From contig CAVRJJ010000005.1 of assembly GCA_963721685.1 (NCBI GenBank), positions 311,367 to 375,366 of the forward strand: 64,000 nucleotides of DNA. Direction: 5' to 3'. The first letter of the stretch is position 1, and each line of letters starts with the position of its first letter. Below are positions 62,550 through 64,000 of this stretch, piece after piece. Below the pieces are notes generated by a model. That model was not told the DNA's origin, ran no database searches, and saw only the letters and a program-made list of their open reading frames with translations. The stretch comes from an uncultured bacterium. Its GTDB lineage: Bacteria > Patescibacteriota > Saccharimonadia > UBA4664 > SCTI01. Made by a program: the position numbers and the translations under genes.

Positions 62550-64000
62550 ATGTCTGTACCAGCTCCCGTAAAGGTAACAACTACCCCCGAAACCATAAAA
62601 ATTGGACAGCGCATCACTGAATTGCGCGAGGCCAAGCTGCTTACCCAGACGGCTCTAGCCAACCTGCTTGGTACCAGCCAGAGCGCGGTTGCCCGCATGG
62701 AAAAAGGCGACCAGAACATAAGTACTAAAATGCTGGTAAAGATGGGCGAGGTGCTTGATGCCGAAATAATTGCCTTACCAAGCCATGGGCTTAACTTTAA
62801 AGTTGAAGGAGGCCGTAAACTGGCGGGAACGGTTAACACCAATACCTCTAAAAATTCAGCGGTGGTAATGCTTTGCGCGGCATTATTGAACCGTAATACC
62901 ACTACTTTAAAACGTATGCCGCGGATTGAAGAAGTTAACCGCGTAATTGAGGTGGTGGAAAGTTTGGGCGTGCACATAAAATGGCAAGGAAACGACGTGG
63001 TCGTTACTCCGCCCAAGCGCCTAAAGCTGGAGAATATAAATGTTAAAGCGGCCGTACGAACCCGCAGTGTCTTGTTATTGCTTGGGCCGCTGGTGCACCT
63101 GCTTGCCGAATTTAAGCTGCCCCAGGCAGGCGGGTGCCATTTAGGCGCCCGCACCGTCCGCCCCCATCTGTACGCCTTGGAAAAGTTTGGCGTGGCGATT
63201 GAAGCTAAAAGTAATAGCTACGCGGTTACCGCCCGCAAGCTTGAAGCGGCGGAAGTCGTGCTGTACGAATCCGGCGACACAGTCACCGAGAATGCCTTAA
63301 TGGTGGCAGCCCGGCTCCCCGGAAAAACCACAATCAAGTTCGCCTCGGCCAATTATATGGTGCAAGACCTGTGTGTTTTTCTGCAAACCCTGGGAGTTCG
63401 AATTGAAGGCATTGGAACCAGCACTTTGCGCGTATGGGGGAAGCCGGTAATCGATAAGCAAGTAAGTTACGGCATTAGCGAGGACCCCATTGAGTCCATG
63501 CTGTTTATTACCGCCGCCATCATGACCAAGTCCCAAATTACCATTAAGCGGTGTCCCATCGAGTTTTTGGAGCTAGAACTACTCAAGCTGGAAAAGATGG
63601 GCTTTGAATATACCCGCAGTGCCAAGTATCCGGCAGCTAATGGCTATACTTGGTTGGTTGACCTGGAGACCTTTCCTTCTAAGCTGACGGCGCTGGAAGA
63701 AAAAATCCACCCCAGTATCTATCCGGGATTGAATATGGACAACCTACCTTTTTTCGTGCCTATCGCTACCCAGGCGAAAGGTCAAACTCTGATTCACGAT
63801 TGGCCTTATGAAAACCGCGCTATCTACTACATGGAACTCACCAAGTTAAACGCCCAGCTAATCTTAGGTGATCCGCATCGGGTATTTGTAAATGGTCCCA
63901 CGAAGCTGCGCTCGGCTGAAGTGATTTGTCCTCCGGCACTTCGTCCGGCAGCTATTATTTTAATTGCGATGCTGGCCGCCCAGGGCACCTCAATCTTGCG
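62550..64000 (+). CDS. murA: UDP-N-acetylglucosamine 1-carboxyvinyltransferase MurA with in-frame N-terminal XRE-family HTH domain (3' end beyond window)
   Basis: My own translation from ATG 62550, just after a TGA at 62541, gives ..IGQRITELREAKLLTQTALANLLGTSQSAVARMEKGDQNISTKMLVKMGEVL.. (Cro/C1-type HTH). The MurA body follows: ..FKVEGGRKLAGTVNTNTSKNSAVVMLCAALL.., ..PQAGGCHLGARTVRPH.. (active-site Cys loop). The ORF is open to the window end. Confidence 0.75.
   Translation, partial: MSVPAPVKVTTTPETIKIGQRITELREAKLLTQTALANLLGTSQSAVARMEKGDQNISTKMLVKMGEVLDAEIIALPSHGLNFKVEGGRKLAGTVNTNTSKNSAVVMLCAALLNRNTTTLKRMPRIEEVNRVIEVVESLGVHIKWQGNDVVVTPPKRLKLENINVKAAVRTRSVLLLLGPLVHLLAEFKLPQAGGCHLGARTVRPHLYALEKFGVAIEAKSNSYAVTARKLEAAEVVLYESGDTVTENALMVAARLPGKTTIKFASANYMVQDLCVFLQTLGVRIEGIGTSTLRVWGKPVIDKQVSYGISEDPIESMLFITAAIMTKSQITIKRCPIEFLELELLKLEKMGFEYTRSAKYPAANGYTWLVDLETFPSKLTALEEKIHPSIYPGLNMDNLPFFVPIATQAKGQTLIHDWPYENRAIYYMELTKLNAQLILGDPHRVFVNGPTKLRSAEVICPPALRPAAIILIAMLAAQGTSIL

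Noticed and set aside
62477-63154. 225-aa minus-strand ORF rich in Ser/Thr/Arg
   Set aside because: It lies entirely antisense to the HTH-MurA reading frame, which has clear homology. Its composition and lack of motifs indicate a spurious antisense ORF.

Overview
This 64 kb window looks like a Gram-positive-type, probably Patescibacteria/Saccharibacteria-like chromosome with a background of roughly 50% GC. The taxonomic call is inferred from gene content and layout only. No CRISPR array, rRNA or transposase was seen.

Contents in order:
- 1-2.8 kb: a yebC-ruvC-ruvA-ruvB operon.
- 2.9-11.8 kb: a minus-strand type IV pilus locus (pilB, pilC, major pilin, three prepilin-type minor pilins including a PilX-like one, pilM/N/O). 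No secretin, pilT or pilD is in the window.
- 11.9-13.3 kb: a lamin-tail-domain surface protein with a lysine-rich histone-H1-like tail.
- 13.2-17.0 kb: tsaE, a short tsaB, rny with a ymdB-like gene, and HU.
- 17.0-18.1 kb: tRNA-Pro, tRNA-Gly, a membrane methyltransferase, tRNA-Arg and tRNA-His.
- 18.1-23.3 kb: an accessory island directly downstream of tRNA-His. It carries three copies of a ~70-85 nt direct repeat at ~820 bp spacing. Each repeat flanks a cassette with different base composition: two strongly GC-rich genes and an AT-rich truncated uridine-kinase-like fragment. A VOC/PhnB-like gene and a zf-UBP gene follow.
- 23.3-30.1 kb: two tandem GH13 genes, then a MarR-regulated cluster with a palindromic operator, a membrane protein and two cupredoxins.
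- 30.1-46.2 kb: a run of secreted or membrane-anchored proteins. It includes a paralogous pair of WxL-like proteins and a pair of DUF916-like C-terminally anchored proteins (a Csc-type surface-complex locus, as known from Firmicutes). These are followed by a 1286-aa beta-helical adhesin-like protein and a delta-60-repeat protein, the latter in an AT-rich block.
- 47-62 kb: housekeeping and metabolic genes (aminotransferase, EamA transporter, pgl, a GT4/GH57/GH15 alpha-glucan cluster, NDH-2, a ferric-reductase-like protein, an ABC transporter pair, a third GH13).
- 62.5 kb to the window end: a murA that carries an in-frame N-terminal XRE-type HTH domain.

The findings that most deserve a second look are the repeat-punctuated, compositionally mosaic island next to tRNA-His, the WxL/DUF916-like surface locus, and the HTH-MurA fusion.
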